Origin: a virus
Lineage: Duplodnaviria; Caudoviricetes
Reading direction: 5' to 3' (one strand)
IMG/VR virus record: IMGVR_UViG_2843291059_000004
Location: 70,479-134,478 of that record
Length of the DNA stretch: 64,000 bases
Under the pieces are notes generated by a model. The model searched no databases. It was not told the origin of the DNA and was given only the letters and a program-made list of their open reading frames with translations. This document shows, piece after piece, positions 19,558 through 30,173 of the stretch; positions within the stretch are counted from its first letter, which is position 1; the number at the start of each line of letters is the position of its first letter. Both the position numbers and the translations under genes were made by a program.

Positions 19558-20583
19558 ATGGACTTTTATACGAGGGTGCGAGCTGTTGGCGGTGCCGCAA
19601 AGATGTCTAATAAAAAGGATGTCAAAATTGCTTTTGCGAAACGTGACTTCGCTGCACACTTCAAGGATAGTGTTGACTACGAGGATAATACTTTAGTAAA
19701 TGGTTTGCCTCAGAAACTGGTCGTCAGCCGTAGTAACAGTGTGGCCAAGGAAAAGAAGATTTGGGCGTATCCCGGTGATTCTTTGAATCTTGGTGATATT
19801 GTTGACTGCTACAACTGTAAATGGCTGGTAACTGAGATAGAACCAAATGATGAGATTTTTCTTCGTGGGAAAATGGAGCTGTGTAACCGCCAGATTCAAT
19901 GGCAAAATCCGATTACTGGTGAGATAGTATCTCGTTGGGCAACACTGAGTAAGCCTTATTACGCAAATAATAAGGAACTTGTTGTGACTTCACTGAGTCA
20001 ACGTGAGTATAAAGTGCAGATGCCTTTTGATGATGAGACTGCACTGATTGACCTTGATAAGCGCTTTATGCTGGAAATCATCAATGGAGAGCCGAAAACA
20101 TATGTTACGACTTCTGTTGACCAGAGTACAGAGCGTTATGAGTTGCATGGTAAGACACAGGGATTCCTTGTGCTGAATATCCGGCAGGATCAGTATAACA
20201 GTAAGACGGACAATGCCGAGAAGATGATTTGTGATTATTTTGAGCCAAATAAGAGTGATGAGCCAGATGCGGATTCTCAGGTAACGGCCACTATTAAGTA
20301 CGCAGGCAAGCCGGAAGTTCGTGTTGGTGGTTCTTGGAAGAAATTCACTCCGGTATTCACAAGTATTACGGGCGAAGAGGTTGCGGAAGTTGCAAAGTGG
20401 AGCTTTATTTGCCTTGATGAGTTTAAGAGTTTTGTTGAAACACAGGTTGCTACGGATGGTGTTTTCAAAATTCGTATTTTGAATAATAGCATCATGGATG
20501 GCGTAACTGTTAGAATTTCTCTGACAAATGCAGATGGTACGGCAAATACATCCATTGAATGTAAGGTGGTGAGCTTGCTGTGA
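19558..20583 (+). CDS. head-closure/neck protein with C-terminal Ig-like domain (putative)
   Basis: GDIV..WLV motif; synteny. Confidence 0.55.
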   Translation: MDFYTRVRAVGGAAKMSNKKDVKIAFAKRDFAAHFKDSVDYEDNTLVNGLPQKLVVSRSNSVAKEKKIWAYPGDSLNLGDIVDCYNCKWLVTEIEPNDEIFLRGKMELCNRQIQWQNPITGEIVSRWATLSKPYYANNKELVVTSLSQREYKVQMPFDDETALIDLDKRFMLEIINGEPKTYVTTSVDQSTERYELHGKTQGFLVLNIRQDQYNSKTDNAEKMICDYFEPNKSDEPDADSQVTATIKYAGKPEVRVGGSWKKFTPVFTSITGEEVAEVAKWSFICLDEFKSFVETQVATDGVFKIRILNNSIMDGVTVRISLTNADGTANTSIECKVVSLL

Positions 20584-21059
20584 CAACGAGTGAATTGATT
20601 ACGGACTACAAAAACAAATTAGCTTTAAAGTTGGTCAATACGGATGGGCTTGTTGAAGCGATGGGTAATGATGATATTGAAGAGCCAGATGAGGCAATTT
20701 ATACATATATCTTCCCATACTTCCATATTCCCGACACGATTGAGGCAGCACACAGCTATATTTGTTTTAAGGTAAACATGACTGACCGCAGTAATGTTAA
20801 TGACTGGTACGAGAACTTTACGCTTACTGTGTGGGTTATTGTGAATCAGGCGTTGATGAAGATGAAAGGTCATGGTGGAGCAACACGAGTTGACTATCTG
20901 AGCGGTCTAGTGGAGAAAGAATTACACGGCAGTACAATTTTTGGAATTAAGCAACTTAAAATCACATCCAATATCGAGGACAACATGGATTTACACCATC
21001 GTGTGCGAATTATGACGTTTAAGACGCAGGATCTGGATGACCTTGTGGGGTGTGGTTAA
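20580..21059 (+). CDS. tail terminator/neck protein (putative)
   Basis: RVDYL motif; synteny. Confidence 0.5.
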   Translation: MTTSELITDYKNKLALKLVNTDGLVEAMGNDDIEEPDEAIYTYIFPYFHIPDTIEAAHSYICFKVNMTDRSNVNDWYENFTLTVWVIVNQALMKMKGHGGATRVDYLSGLVEKELHGSTIFGIKQLKITSNIEDNMDLHHRVRIMTFKTQDLDDLVGCG

Positions 21060-21796
21060 TGGAGCTTAGAGAAATGTACGAGCCGAGCTTGATGCGTGGA
21101 AGAGACTTTAAAATCAACGACAAAATTACGATTCACATGCCGTCTGTCGGTGATATTATCGATTATGGTGAGCAAAAGTATTTTCAGTTGGTTTATTTGT
21201 TCTGCTCTACATCAAGCGACTATAAAGCACAACTTGACTCTGTTGGGGTTGATTGGCAAAAAATTTCGGACTTTGAAATGTTTCGGCAGCTCTTTATAGG
21301 CAACAAAAATCAAGATATGTCTATTTTGTTTGGCGATATGGATATTTCCGGGTTTGTAATGGCAAAAGATAACATAAGTGGTGAAATTGTGTTACACAAC
21401 AGACTTACGGATACCCGTATTGACCATGTAGTGTATGAAACAATTTCTCAGTACCTATGTGCTGCGAATGGAATTGAAAAGCATTCCGAATTTGCCGCTG
21501 ACGAACCGACAAGGATTGCAATGATAGAGGAAGCCAGAGATAATTTGGAGTATCAGAAAATAAAGCGTTATGAGCCACGACTTGCGGAGCTTGTTCTCTC
21601 AATGGCGTGCTCCTCCGGCTTTAAAGCGGATTACTTCAAGGCTATGGACTACCCTATGAGTGTGTTTATGAATCATGTAAGAAAGATTCAGCAAATAAAG
21701 AACTACGACAATACGATGCATGGCGTTTATGCTGGCACCGTGGAGTTTGGAAAGATTTCAAAATCACAACTGGATTGGACGAGCAAGGTTGACTGA
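21059..21796 (+). CDS. hypothetical tail-module protein
   Basis: TAATG-coupled ORF followed by a terminator. Confidence 0.55.
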   Translation: MELREMYEPSLMRGRDFKINDKITIHMPSVGDIIDYGEQKYFQLVYLFCSTSSDYKAQLDSVGVDWQKISDFEMFRQLFIGNKNQDMSILFGDMDISGFVMAKDNISGEIVLHNRLTDTRIDHVVYETISQYLCAANGIEKHSEFAADEPTRIAMIEEARDNLEYQKIKRYEPRLAELVLSMACSSGFKADYFKAMDYPMSVFMNHVRKIQQIKNYDNTMHGVYAGTVEFGKISKSQLDWTSKVD

Positions 21797-21846
21797 TTTA
21801 CCTTGCTCTTTTTATTTTATCCAAATAAATTGAAAGGAAGAAAATT

Positions 21847-22647
21847 ATGAGCGATTTTAATTTTAATGAGGTCGTTATTGACCGCGTTCATCGCATTCAC
21901 GAGTATGACCTGAACGGCAAGCGCCTGTGGACCATGAATCAGGTTAAGGATTTCAAGCTGACTCTGGGTGGCGAGACCGTTTATGCTCAGGATGCACAGG
22001 GCGTTAACATCATGGCATTCGACAAGAGCAAGACTGCCGAGGCGGATTGGTCTAATGCTCTGATGCATCTGGGTGCTCTGGCAGAGCAGATGGGCTCCAA
22101 GAAGGAGGTTGCTTCTTCTACAGCAAAACAGGTCTTTACCACTGTTGAGTATCTGACTTCTGCCGACGGCCAGAAGCTGACTCTGACTCATACCCCCAAG
22201 GCTGCTGTTGCAAATGCCCCCTTTAAGTACATTGATCTGGTCGATGGTCAGGGTAATGCACTAAAGACCTTTGAGCTGGGTGAGACCGCCGAATCTCAGT
22301 TCTCTGTTTCTGGCACTGAGGTTACTCTGCCCACTGGTGCAAACCTGAAGGCTGGCGACCGCTTTGTTGTGAAGTATCAGTACGAGAGCGAGGAGGGCAT
22401 TGCTATCAATGATAGCGCCAATAAGTTCTCTACCGAGGGCGAGTTCGTGATTGAGGCATTCTGCTACAATCCTTGCGACAAGGCAAATAAGAAGCTGATG
22501 CGTATCATCTTCCCGAATGCCAAGATGGACAATGCTATCGATATGACTTTCACTAATGAGCTGGCTCATCCGGTCAAGATTAGCGCTACTCAGGAATACT
22601 GCTCTGAAGACAAGCGCCTGTTCCGTATTGAGACTGCTGCTGCCTAA
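21847..22647 (+). CDS. major tail tube protein
   Basis: 266 aa, strong codon bias, beta-rich, upstream of the tape measure. Confidence 0.7.
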   Translation: MSDFNFNEVVIDRVHRIHEYDLNGKRLWTMNQVKDFKLTLGGETVYAQDAQGVNIMAFDKSKTAEADWSNALMHLGALAEQMGSKKEVASSTAKQVFTTVEYLTSADGQKLTLTHTPKAAVANAPFKYIDLVDGQGNALKTFELGETAESQFSVSGTEVTLPTGANLKAGDRFVVKYQYESEEGIAINDSANKFSTEGEFVIEAFCYNPCDKANKKLMRIIFPNAKMDNAIDMTFTNELAHPVKISATQEYCSEDKRLFRIETAAA

Positions 22648-23030
22648 TGGCAAATCTGAATTGGTGCCGTACTTGCGGAAAAGAATATCCGGTATGCCCG
22701 CATTGCGAGCAGGATGCGCGTCTTAACCCTTGGCGAATGATTTGTGACACTGAGCCACACTTTCTTGTGTGGACTGCTGTAAACCAGTATCGCCAGGGAA
22801 TTATTTCAAAAGAGACTGCAAAGGCAGACTTGACTACTCTTTTGACACGCAAGTACAAGAATATTACGGAGTCCGAGGTGGAAAATTTCATCCCGGCTGT
22901 TCGTGACATTTTCCATGAAATCATAGATGAGCCTGCAAAGGCAGAGAATGAGTCATCTGGTGATGTAAAAGATGAAACGCCCGTGAAGCCGGTAGTTAAG
23001 AAAACATCAAATCGTAAGGGGCGGGCATAA
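22647..23030 (+). CDS. zinc-binding hypothetical protein
   Basis: CRTCGKEYPVCPHC; coupled to the tail tube gene. Confidence 0.65.
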   Translation: MANLNWCRTCGKEYPVCPHCEQDARLNPWRMICDTEPHFLVWTAVNQYRQGIISKETAKADLTTLLTRKYKNITESEVENFIPAVRDIFHEIIDEPAKAENESSGDVKDETPVKPVVKKTSNRKGRA

Positions 23031-23058
23031 CCGCCCCTTTATTTTTCGTGGTGATTTT

Positions 23059-23532
23059 ATGGAGAAAAAGAACAGAACGAAGTTTAATGTCAGTAAGAAT
23101 CCAGCAGATAGAACATATGATGGCGTAGTTTATGATAGTAAGGCAGAAATGTTGTTTTATCGAGATATTGTATTGCCAAGGCTGGCAAGCGGCGAAATTG
23201 TAGAGTGTCGTAAGCAGGTCCCATTTCTTCTGCAAGAATCGTTCCGCCGGGTCGATAAGGACGGCAAGGACGTAGCGGTGCGGAAGATTGACTATGTGGC
23301 GGACTATGAAATTACATATCGAGATGGCAGCAAACAAGTGATTGATACGAAGGGATTCGCTGATAGTGTTGCTTTGATGAAGCGCAAGATGTTCTGGTTC
23401 AAGTATCCTGATGTAGATTACCGCTGGATCACATACTCCAAAATCGATGGAGGCTGGGTCGATTATGACGACCTAAAAAAAGCTCGGAAAGAGCGAAAGA
23501 AATTAAAGCAAGCACAGACGAAAGGGAGATAA
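23059..23532 (+). CDS. DUF1064-like PD-(D/E)XK endonuclease
   Basis: DGVVYDSKAE, QVPFLLQ, YVADY, IDTKG motifs. Confidence 0.8.
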   Translation: MEKKNRTKFNVSKNPADRTYDGVVYDSKAEMLFYRDIVLPRLASGEIVECRKQVPFLLQESFRRVDKDGKDVAVRKIDYVADYEITYRDGSKQVIDTKGFADSVALMKRKMFWFKYPDVDYRWITYSKIDGGWVDYDDLKKARKERKKLKQAQTKGR

Positions 23533-23533
23533 A

Positions 23534-24043
23534 ATGAAGGTTTTAAATTTTCAGGAGCGAAATGAGTTTCTTGATGAGGTAGTCAAGACATGTACTATCG
23601 ATGGTGATTATCAGCCTGCACTGCTCGATGTTGTGTTCCGGTTGACTATCCTGAAGTATTTTGCAGATTATGACTATCGTAGCGAGCCGCAGAGTGAGTG
23701 GCCTCGTATTGCTTACGAATCTTTCAATTTCAAGATTAACAAGGCTGGTTGTGATACTTCTGCGTTCTGGGATCAGTATGATTCTCTGGAGAAGGCCGTT
23801 TACGAGCAGATTGACCGTTCTCATAAGGAATGGTTGGTTCTTGGTCTCTGTGGCAAGCTCAACGAGATTATTAAGAAGCCTGACCCTATTTCTGATTTCG
23901 TTGACTTTATGGAGAACTATTTGAATGATGTGAAGGGCAACTTGAAAGACTTTGATGTTGAAAAGTTTTCTGAAGTAACTTCTGCCATGCTGGATAATAA
24001 GCAGGAGATCTCTGCTGTGCTGGCAAAAGATAAAAAGGAATAA
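23534..24043 (+). CDS. hypothetical protein (possible tail assembly chaperone)
   Basis: Helical ORF with RBS in the tail module. Confidence 0.55.
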   Translation: MKVLNFQERNEFLDEVVKTCTIDGDYQPALLDVVFRLTILKYFADYDYRSEPQSEWPRIAYESFNFKINKAGCDTSAFWDQYDSLEKAVYEQIDRSHKEWLVLGLCGKLNEIIKKPDPISDFVDFMENYLNDVKGNLKDFDVEKFSEVTSAMLDNKQEISAVLAKDKKE

Positions 24044-24077
24044 ACACTTTTAGAGGTGGGTTGGAGGGAATTTTAAT

Positions 24078-25067
24078 ATGGCTACAAGAAGTAAACCGCT
24101 GAAGTTATGGGATGCTGAGAAGTTCAAGAACGTGAACCCAGTGTCTTTGAAATACTGGGATAGATATGAGACTGATATGGGCATCCGTGATCTCAGCCCG
24201 TCTACTGTTTACAATTATGAATCGGATTTCAAGCAGTGGATGATTTATGTTTTGGACAATCAGGGTAATGCCCCTGTAACGGAACTTGAAGAAGAAGATA
24301 TTGAGGAATTTCTGTTCTATTGTAAGAAGCACGGAAACAACTCTGCTCGCATGAAACGGCGCATGAGTACGATTTCTGCGCTGTACCGGTATCTTCGCAA
24401 AAAGAAAATCATCAAAGAAAACCCGATGGAGTTTATTGACCGTCCAACCAAGGATGTGGCTGTTGTGAAGCAGACATATCTTACGCCGGATGAGGTCAAG
24501 TTGATGCGAGAGAAGCTGAATGCGTTGGTTGAATCTGCAACCACAGTTCACATGAAAGATAATGCGATGACGCTGCGGTTATACGCCCTGTTCTCGTTGT
24601 CTACGATGGCTCGTGTCAACGCCGTGCGGAATACGCTCTGGAAGTCTATCGACTATGAGAATCGTATGGTGCATGACGTTCTGGAGAAGGAAGGAAAAAT
24701 TGTTGATTTGATGTTCAGCAAGGAAGTTTCTGAGCTTTTAAAAGCGCTGAAGGAATACCGCACTGAGCATGATATTGAGGATGGCGGCTATGTGTTTGTT
24801 GGTACAAAAATCAATGGAGCTTGGATGCCGATTACTTCAAGCACTGCTGGCGACTGGTGTAAGAAGATTGGTGAGATGATCGATGAGCCTACGCTGCACC
24901 CGCATGACTTCCGGCATAGTGGTGCTACCCTGCTGAAGAATGCTGGTATGAGTCTGGAGGACGTCTCTTCCCTGCTCAATCATGCCGGTACAGATGTGAC
25001 CAATAAGTATTACATCAAGAAGGATACGACAAAAATTCAGTCTGCAAAGGATCGGTTTGAGATTTGA
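24078..25067 (+). CDS. tyrosine recombinase (XerC/D-like; YomM-like position)
   Basis: N-terminal SAM-like domain, MAR (R), EKEG (K), HDFRH, LNH, KYY catalytic residues. Confidence 0.9.
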   Translation: MATRSKPLKLWDAEKFKNVNPVSLKYWDRYETDMGIRDLSPSTVYNYESDFKQWMIYVLDNQGNAPVTELEEEDIEEFLFYCKKHGNNSARMKRRMSTISALYRYLRKKKIIKENPMEFIDRPTKDVAVVKQTYLTPDEVKLMREKLNALVESATTVHMKDNAMTLRLYALFSLSTMARVNAVRNTLWKSIDYENRMVHDVLEKEGKIVDLMFSKEVSELLKALKEYRTEHDIEDGGYVFVGTKINGAWMPITSSTAGDWCKKIGEMIDEPTLHPHDFRHSGATLLKNAGMSLEDVSSLLNHAGTDVTNKYYIKKDTTKIQSAKDRFEI

Positions 25068-25077
25068 GGTGGAGTGA

Positions 25078-25611
25078 ATGAAACAGTCATACACAAACTT
25101 CGATGACATATTGAGCGATGTGGCAGATGGTGTGGAACGTATTGTTCGTGATGATGTTGCTCCACAGCTAGAAGCACGTTTGCTTGAAAGTGCAAAACAA
25201 AACATCCATCCAAAATACGGGATATCAGGTATTACTGATGCCAAAAATATTGTTAGCAATGTTTCTCGTAATGGAAACGTAATTTCACTAATTGTTAAGG
25301 ATATTGCCAAACCAGAGCCATCAGTTTTCCTTAATCATAGCACAGATCGTTCTGAGGTTCAGTATGGAATAGATAAGCGAAATGGGCTTAATGACGACCC
25401 AAGAGCCGTTAATATTGGATTCAATGATGAAGAAGACGAGGCTGTTGGTGGAACCATGTTCGCAAATTGGATTGAGCATGGATTGTGGATGGATTTGGAA
25501 TGGTATTTCAGAAGCGAAGGTGCAAAAATGAAACGTCCAAAAAGAGAATTCATTAAACCTGTTCAACTCGAGGCGGCAATGATTGTTAAGACGGCTTTAC
25601 ATGGATTGTAA
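25078..25611 (+). CDS. tail-completion-like protein (HK97 gp10-like, putative)
   Basis: IEHG...PKREFIKP motif. Confidence 0.5.
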   Translation: MKQSYTNFDDILSDVADGVERIVRDDVAPQLEARLLESAKQNIHPKYGISGITDAKNIVSNVSRNGNVISLIVKDIAKPEPSVFLNHSTDRSEVQYGIDKRNGLNDDPRAVNIGFNDEEDEAVGGTMFANWIEHGLWMDLEWYFRSEGAKMKRPKREFIKPVQLEAAMIVKTALHGL

Positions 25612-25741
25612 AAGCCATCTTTTATGAGAATTTATTTGGAATAAAATTCAATGAGAGGAGGGCTGGCTTTAAGGAGCTGGCCGCTTCTCTTTTTTGTTTT
25701 GAAAGGAATGTTGAAAATGGAAAAGAGAGGTGACCAACGGT

Positions 25742-28147
25742 ATGGCGGATAACACAAACACCGTAAGTAGTGCTGATACTTCCTCTGTAACGGCCATAAA
25801 GGTCAAGGTCGTTCTTGATACGAGTAAAGCAGAACTCGATAAGCAATTCGAGTCCGTCAAAGAAAAATATAAAAATAGTCCGATTAAGCTGGCCTTTGGG
25901 TTGAATCAGAATGAGACCGCAAAGAACATCAATACCGCTTTGCGTAGTATGATTTCAAGCGGAAAAATCATCACCCCGAAGGTAACGCTTGATGTCAAGA
26001 TTGACCAGAGCAAAGTAACCGCACAGTTAAAGAAAGCTATGGCTTCTGCGGCCAAGCAGACGGTTAAGGTCAACACTGGGAGCGTAAAAAATAGCGCTAA
26101 AGCAAATTCGTCAGATGATGAATTTCAAAAACTTTATCAGCTTGAACAGAAACGAGCAAAACTTCTGGTCGATTCAGCCGCATTAACTGCAAATGGTAAG
26201 AAAGAATCAGAACTTAAAGCTGTAAATGATGAGCTGACTAAAACAAATACTCAGATGAAAGAACTATATAAGAATATAAAAAATGTTCTTTCTGAAAAAC
26301 AAAAATTACAGCTAACAAACATGGATTCCGATGCGCAATTCAAGGCAAGCAGGAAAACATTGAATGGCACAGATAATGCAACTCAAGAGCTAAAAAAACA
26401 GCAAAAAGCAACCGAAGATGACTTAAAACGCACCCTAAAGCAGCAAGAATCTATTTATGAAAATCGTAGAAAGCAAATTCAGGCTCTTGAGAATTATGCC
26501 AAGAATAACTCCAATTATAAAAATTCCAATATTCAAACTTATTTATATGGTGAAGACGGCACTGGTAATACATCTGGCAAAATAAAAGAGCTTCGAGAAC
26601 AGTTATCTCTTATTGAAAATACAGATCCGAGCAAGGCTGTTAAAGACTTTGATAAAAATTGTAAAGCACTTGATGGAACGCTCAATTCTACGAGTCAACA
26701 TCTGAAAGAGCTTGGGTTTGATTTTAGAGATTTAAAGCAAGCCAATGTTGACATGACAAAATTCAAAAGTGTCTACGAACGCGCAACAAAGTTAGAAAAC
26801 TCGATTTCAAATAAAAGCAAATATTCTTTCTTGATTGATAGCATAAATGGCATAAAATCGGCAGCATCTGGTTGTGAAGGCGATGTGACCGAACTCAGCG
26901 CAAGACTATCAAGCCTTGAGGTCGAAGCCAACAGATGTGGTGCGACAACTGAAACTTTAAGTCAAAAGCTGTCTCGTCTATTTAAGGAACACTTCCAGAC
27001 TGCCGTTGCAATGTATGGCGTTGCTATGGTTAAGCAGGGTCTGCGAGAGGTTTATAATAATGTCGTAGAGATAGACACATCTATGACTAACTTAAAAAAA
27101 GTCACAAATGAAACTGAATCGGCATACTCAAGCTTTTTGTCGTCTGCTTCAAGTCAGGCGCGTGAGCTTGGCGCTTCTATCTCGGATGTTATTGATAGTA
27201 CAGCAGAATGGTCTCGTCTAGGCTATACACTGGACGAATCACAAGAGCTTGCAAAGTGGTCCACTGTCCTAAGTAACATTGGTGATGGAATTGATAGTGC
27301 ATCTGACGCAGCTTCTTATCTAGTCTCTATTCTAAAGGGATTTAGAATGGAAGCTGACGAAGTAGAACACGTCGTCAATGTTCTTAACTCGGTGGGTAAC
27401 AACGAACCCATCTCCGAAAGTGGTATTGCGGAGGCACTCGTAAGATCGGCAAGTGCATTATCGGCAGCCGGGAACTCGTTTGAAGAGTCCGTTTCGTTGA
27501 TTAGTGCAGCCAACTCTGTACTTCAGGACCCGGATACCGTAGGCACAACTTTGAAAACAATTTCAATGTATCTGCGAGCCAGTAAGACAGACGCGGAGGC
27601 ATTTGGTGTTTCAGTTGATGACATGGCAGATTCTGTTTCGGAACTTCGAAGCGAGTTGAAGTCTCTGACTGGCGTTGACATTATGAAGGATTCCGCCGGT
27701 ACAGAATTTAAGAGTACATATCAGATCCTAAAAGAGATTTCTGCCGTATGGGATAAACTTACTGATGTTAGTAAAGCTAACGTCACAGAGATGCTTGGTG
27801 GCAAAAGAAACTCGAATGCGGTACTTTCCGTGATCGAGCAATTCTCCATTGCTGAAAAATCAATGGAGGATGCCGCTAACAGTTCTAATTCGGCAATGAC
27901 CGAACAAGAGCGTATGATGGACTCAATTGAGGGTCGTTTAAAGCGGCTTAACGCCAGCTTTGAGAAATTCTCAAACGACGTTCTAAGTAGTGATCTAGTC
28001 AAGTTCTTTGTGACTCTTGCTACGAAGATTGTTGACGCAGCAGACGGGATGGTTAATCTTGCAGGTTCTATTCCGGCCATTACAGCTGCCATCTCTGGCG
28101 TGTTGTCTGTAATGCAGATGAGCGGAAAGCTCAAGAATGGTGCGGGT
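25742..28147 (+). CDS. tail tape measure protein, exon 1 (802 aa, TP901-type core)
   Basis: GAGGTG RBS; EIDTSMTNLKKVT, VGTTLKTISM tape-measure motifs; ends KNGAG at GGT| 5' splice site. Confidence 0.9.
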
Positions 28148-28640
28148 AAAGTTAATATGCCCTCTTATATTTGTTGTGTATAAAAAATATAGGATGCGGC
28201 ACCATGTAAAAATAAAATAGCCCCTAGAGTGCTGGGAAACCCTAAGAGCCATATCGCCTATATTTATATAATGTAGGAATCGAAAGATAGAAACAAGGAT
28301 ATGGATGCTATATGCTGAGATAAAAGCTCGGTTTTATCGTATTGTTAAAATATGGTAATAATTGAGTGCTAAGTAGTATTTACAATGGGCGGTCAGCAGC
28401 CGATCCACTCCCCTATTATATAATGTAGGAGAGCGGAAGGTTCATCGACTAAAAAGGGTCAGTGAGCAACCACTGGAAGGATAGTCAGTTCTGGACGAAA
28501 GTTCAGAAGTCCACCTCAGACGTAACCAGACGACTTAAAGAAGTAGGTGGAATGAGGAGACACGCTGTTCTCTGGCGCGATACAAGTAAGAGAAAAATGA
28601 TTGAATAATTGAACAAAAAGAAAAAGTACACTGTTGTTCG

Positions 28641-28669
28641 TTGACAGCGTACTCTAAAAAGTGTATAAT
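28641..28669 (+). promoter_or_regulatory. consensus sigma-A promoter for the putative antitoxin sRNA
   Basis: TTGACA-17-TATAAT. Confidence 0.85.
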
Positions 28670-28674
28670 AAAAA

Positions 28675-28790
28675 CAGCCAAGGACTCCTATAGACGAAGC
28701 CCTCGGTGAACAGTTTAAAATGCAATGTAAATGCTTGGACACATTCACATCACAGAAAGAGCCACCTACTGCTAATAGGCGGCTCTTTTA
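28675..28790 (+). ncRNA. putative type I antitoxin sRNA (~115 nt)
   Basis: Lies between a consensus promoter and the terminator 28756-28789; contains CATTCACATCAC, complementary to the toxin start region. Confidence 0.6.
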
Positions 28791-28913
28791 CTTATCACGG
28801 CTTTCGCTATGATGATGTAACATCTTGAAAATCTCAAGAAGCGTTTTGACAAAGCCAGCAAAGCCGAAAATCAGCATTGCGACATAGTAGACCGTAGTGA
28901 TCTCAATAGTCAT
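28788..28913 (-). CDS. 41-aa single-TM peptide, putative type I toxin (MTIEITTVYYVAMLIFGFAGFVKTLLEIFKMLHHHSESRDK)
   Basis: GAGGAGTG RBS, hydrophobic N-half with charged tail, long structured 5' leader, own promoter. Confidence 0.7.
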   Translation of the reverse strand: MTIEITTVYYVAMLIFGFAGFVKTLLEIFKMLHHHSESRDK

Positions 28914-29060
28914 TACACATCACTCCTCTCGGTAGACTCACCGAAAGGGAGTAAAAGATATGGCATTCTCCTTCTCGCCTTTCGGCTGAATGGGAGGACG
29001 TTCGCCTATACACGTCTATGAAAGGAAGAAAGTAAACGCGGAATCCTTGACTGCCAGATT

Positions 29061-29090
29061 ATTATACACCCGTCTGTCATATCCTGTCAA
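29061..29090 (-). promoter_or_regulatory. sigma-A promoter for the toxin mRNA
   Basis: TTGACA-18-TATAAT on the minus strand. Confidence 0.75.
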
Positions 29091-29200
29091 TATCACTATA
29101 ATGTAATTTATAATACATAAAAAAGAGATTGCTTTCCTGAAGTTTTCTGGCTATAATATAAGTACAATCGTGTATCCAAAATATATGGAGGTATTTTATT

Positions 29201-29533
29201 ATGGCTAGACCCAAAGGAAGCAAGAACAAAGCAAAGGTTCTTGATGGCGTTGATTATGCAGCGCAGATCGCTGAGAAGAATGCCGCAGCGGAATCTATCG
29301 CTGAAGAAATCGCATCTCTCGGCTCGAATATTGCTGCACTGAATGCTGAGAAAAAAGCAAAAGAAGCAGAGCTGAAAAAACTCAATAAAGAGATTGCAAA
29401 ACTCGAAAAGAAAAAGGCTGATGCCGATGAAAAGATTGCGGCAGAGTTGAATCGCAAAAAGGCAGAAGACATTGTTGCCAACGCACTGGCCAATGGCATG
29501 ACTGCTGAAGATATCGCTGAACTTTTGAAGTAA
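29201..29533 (+). CDS. AT-hook-like/coiled-coil protein (intron cargo)
   Basis: MARPKGSKNK N-terminus; promoter TTGCTT-17-TATAAT 29129-29157; terminator 29550-29587. Confidence 0.8.
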   Translation: MARPKGSKNKAKVLDGVDYAAQIAEKNAAAESIAEEIASLGSNIAALNAEKKAKEAELKKLNKEIAKLEKKKADADEKIAAELNRKKAEDIVANALANGMTAEDIAELLK

Positions 29534-29592
29534 GGTATCATCATAAAACAAAGCCCGACTTCCCTACTACTGGGAGGCCGGGCTTTTGCTAT

Positions 29593-29793
29593 TTAGTCTT
29601 CGAATTTGATAACGCCGCACTGTTTAAGTATGGCTATTATAATTTTAATTGTAGCGCCCATACTTAAACAAATCATATTGGCTATCTGCTCAGTTTGAGA
29701 TTTTCCCTCGAGTCCTCGCATTTTTTGCATTAAAAGATCGATACCGTTGTTCGTTTCAGTCTCTAAGATTTCATTAAATTCTTTATGCGTCAT
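29593..29793 (-). CDS. 66-aa hypothetical protein (intron cargo), paralogue of 31060..31266
   Basis: AAGGAGGT RBS; promoter TTGACA-18-TATAAT 29880-29851. Confidence 0.7.
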   Translation of the reverse strand: MTHKEFNEILETETNNGIDLLMQKMRGLEGKSQTEQIANMICLSMGATIKIIIAILKQCGVIKFED

Positions 29794-29975
29794 AACTGGC
29801 GACCTCCTTTCAGTTGGAATTTTAGCATAGTACATAGTGATTGCTTATCTATTATAGGATATATCGTAATATCTTGTCAATCTCTGTTTTGGATTATTGT
29901 GGAGCCCTGTGTAGCAAAGTTTAGTTGACACTATCTCTGAACCGTGATACACTCTTGTAAAAGGAGTGTTAAATC

Positions 29976-30173
29976 ATGGAAAACAATAAGAAGCATGTGC
30001 CGGATTATGAAATTTCGACTTACAGTAATCGGAAACCGACTGAATATACATATTCAGGGAATGGTAGTTCTGCAAATCCACTGGAAACATATTTGAGAAA
30101 TCATAGCGACAATCATTCAAATTATAATCAAGAAGGAGGAGCAGATGACAGAGATAATCAAACTAATAAATAA
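29976..30173 (+). CDS. 65-aa low-complexity protein (intron cargo)
   Basis: AAGGAG RBS; promoter TTGACA-17-TACACT 29925-29953. Confidence 0.6.
   Translation: MENNKKHVPDYEISTYSNRKPTEYTYSGNGSSANPLETYLRNHSDNHSNYNQEGGADDRDNQTNK

Noticed and set aside
24078-25067. Prophage integrase with an att boundary
   Set aside because: Flanked by virion genes on both sides; no host genes or junction in the window.
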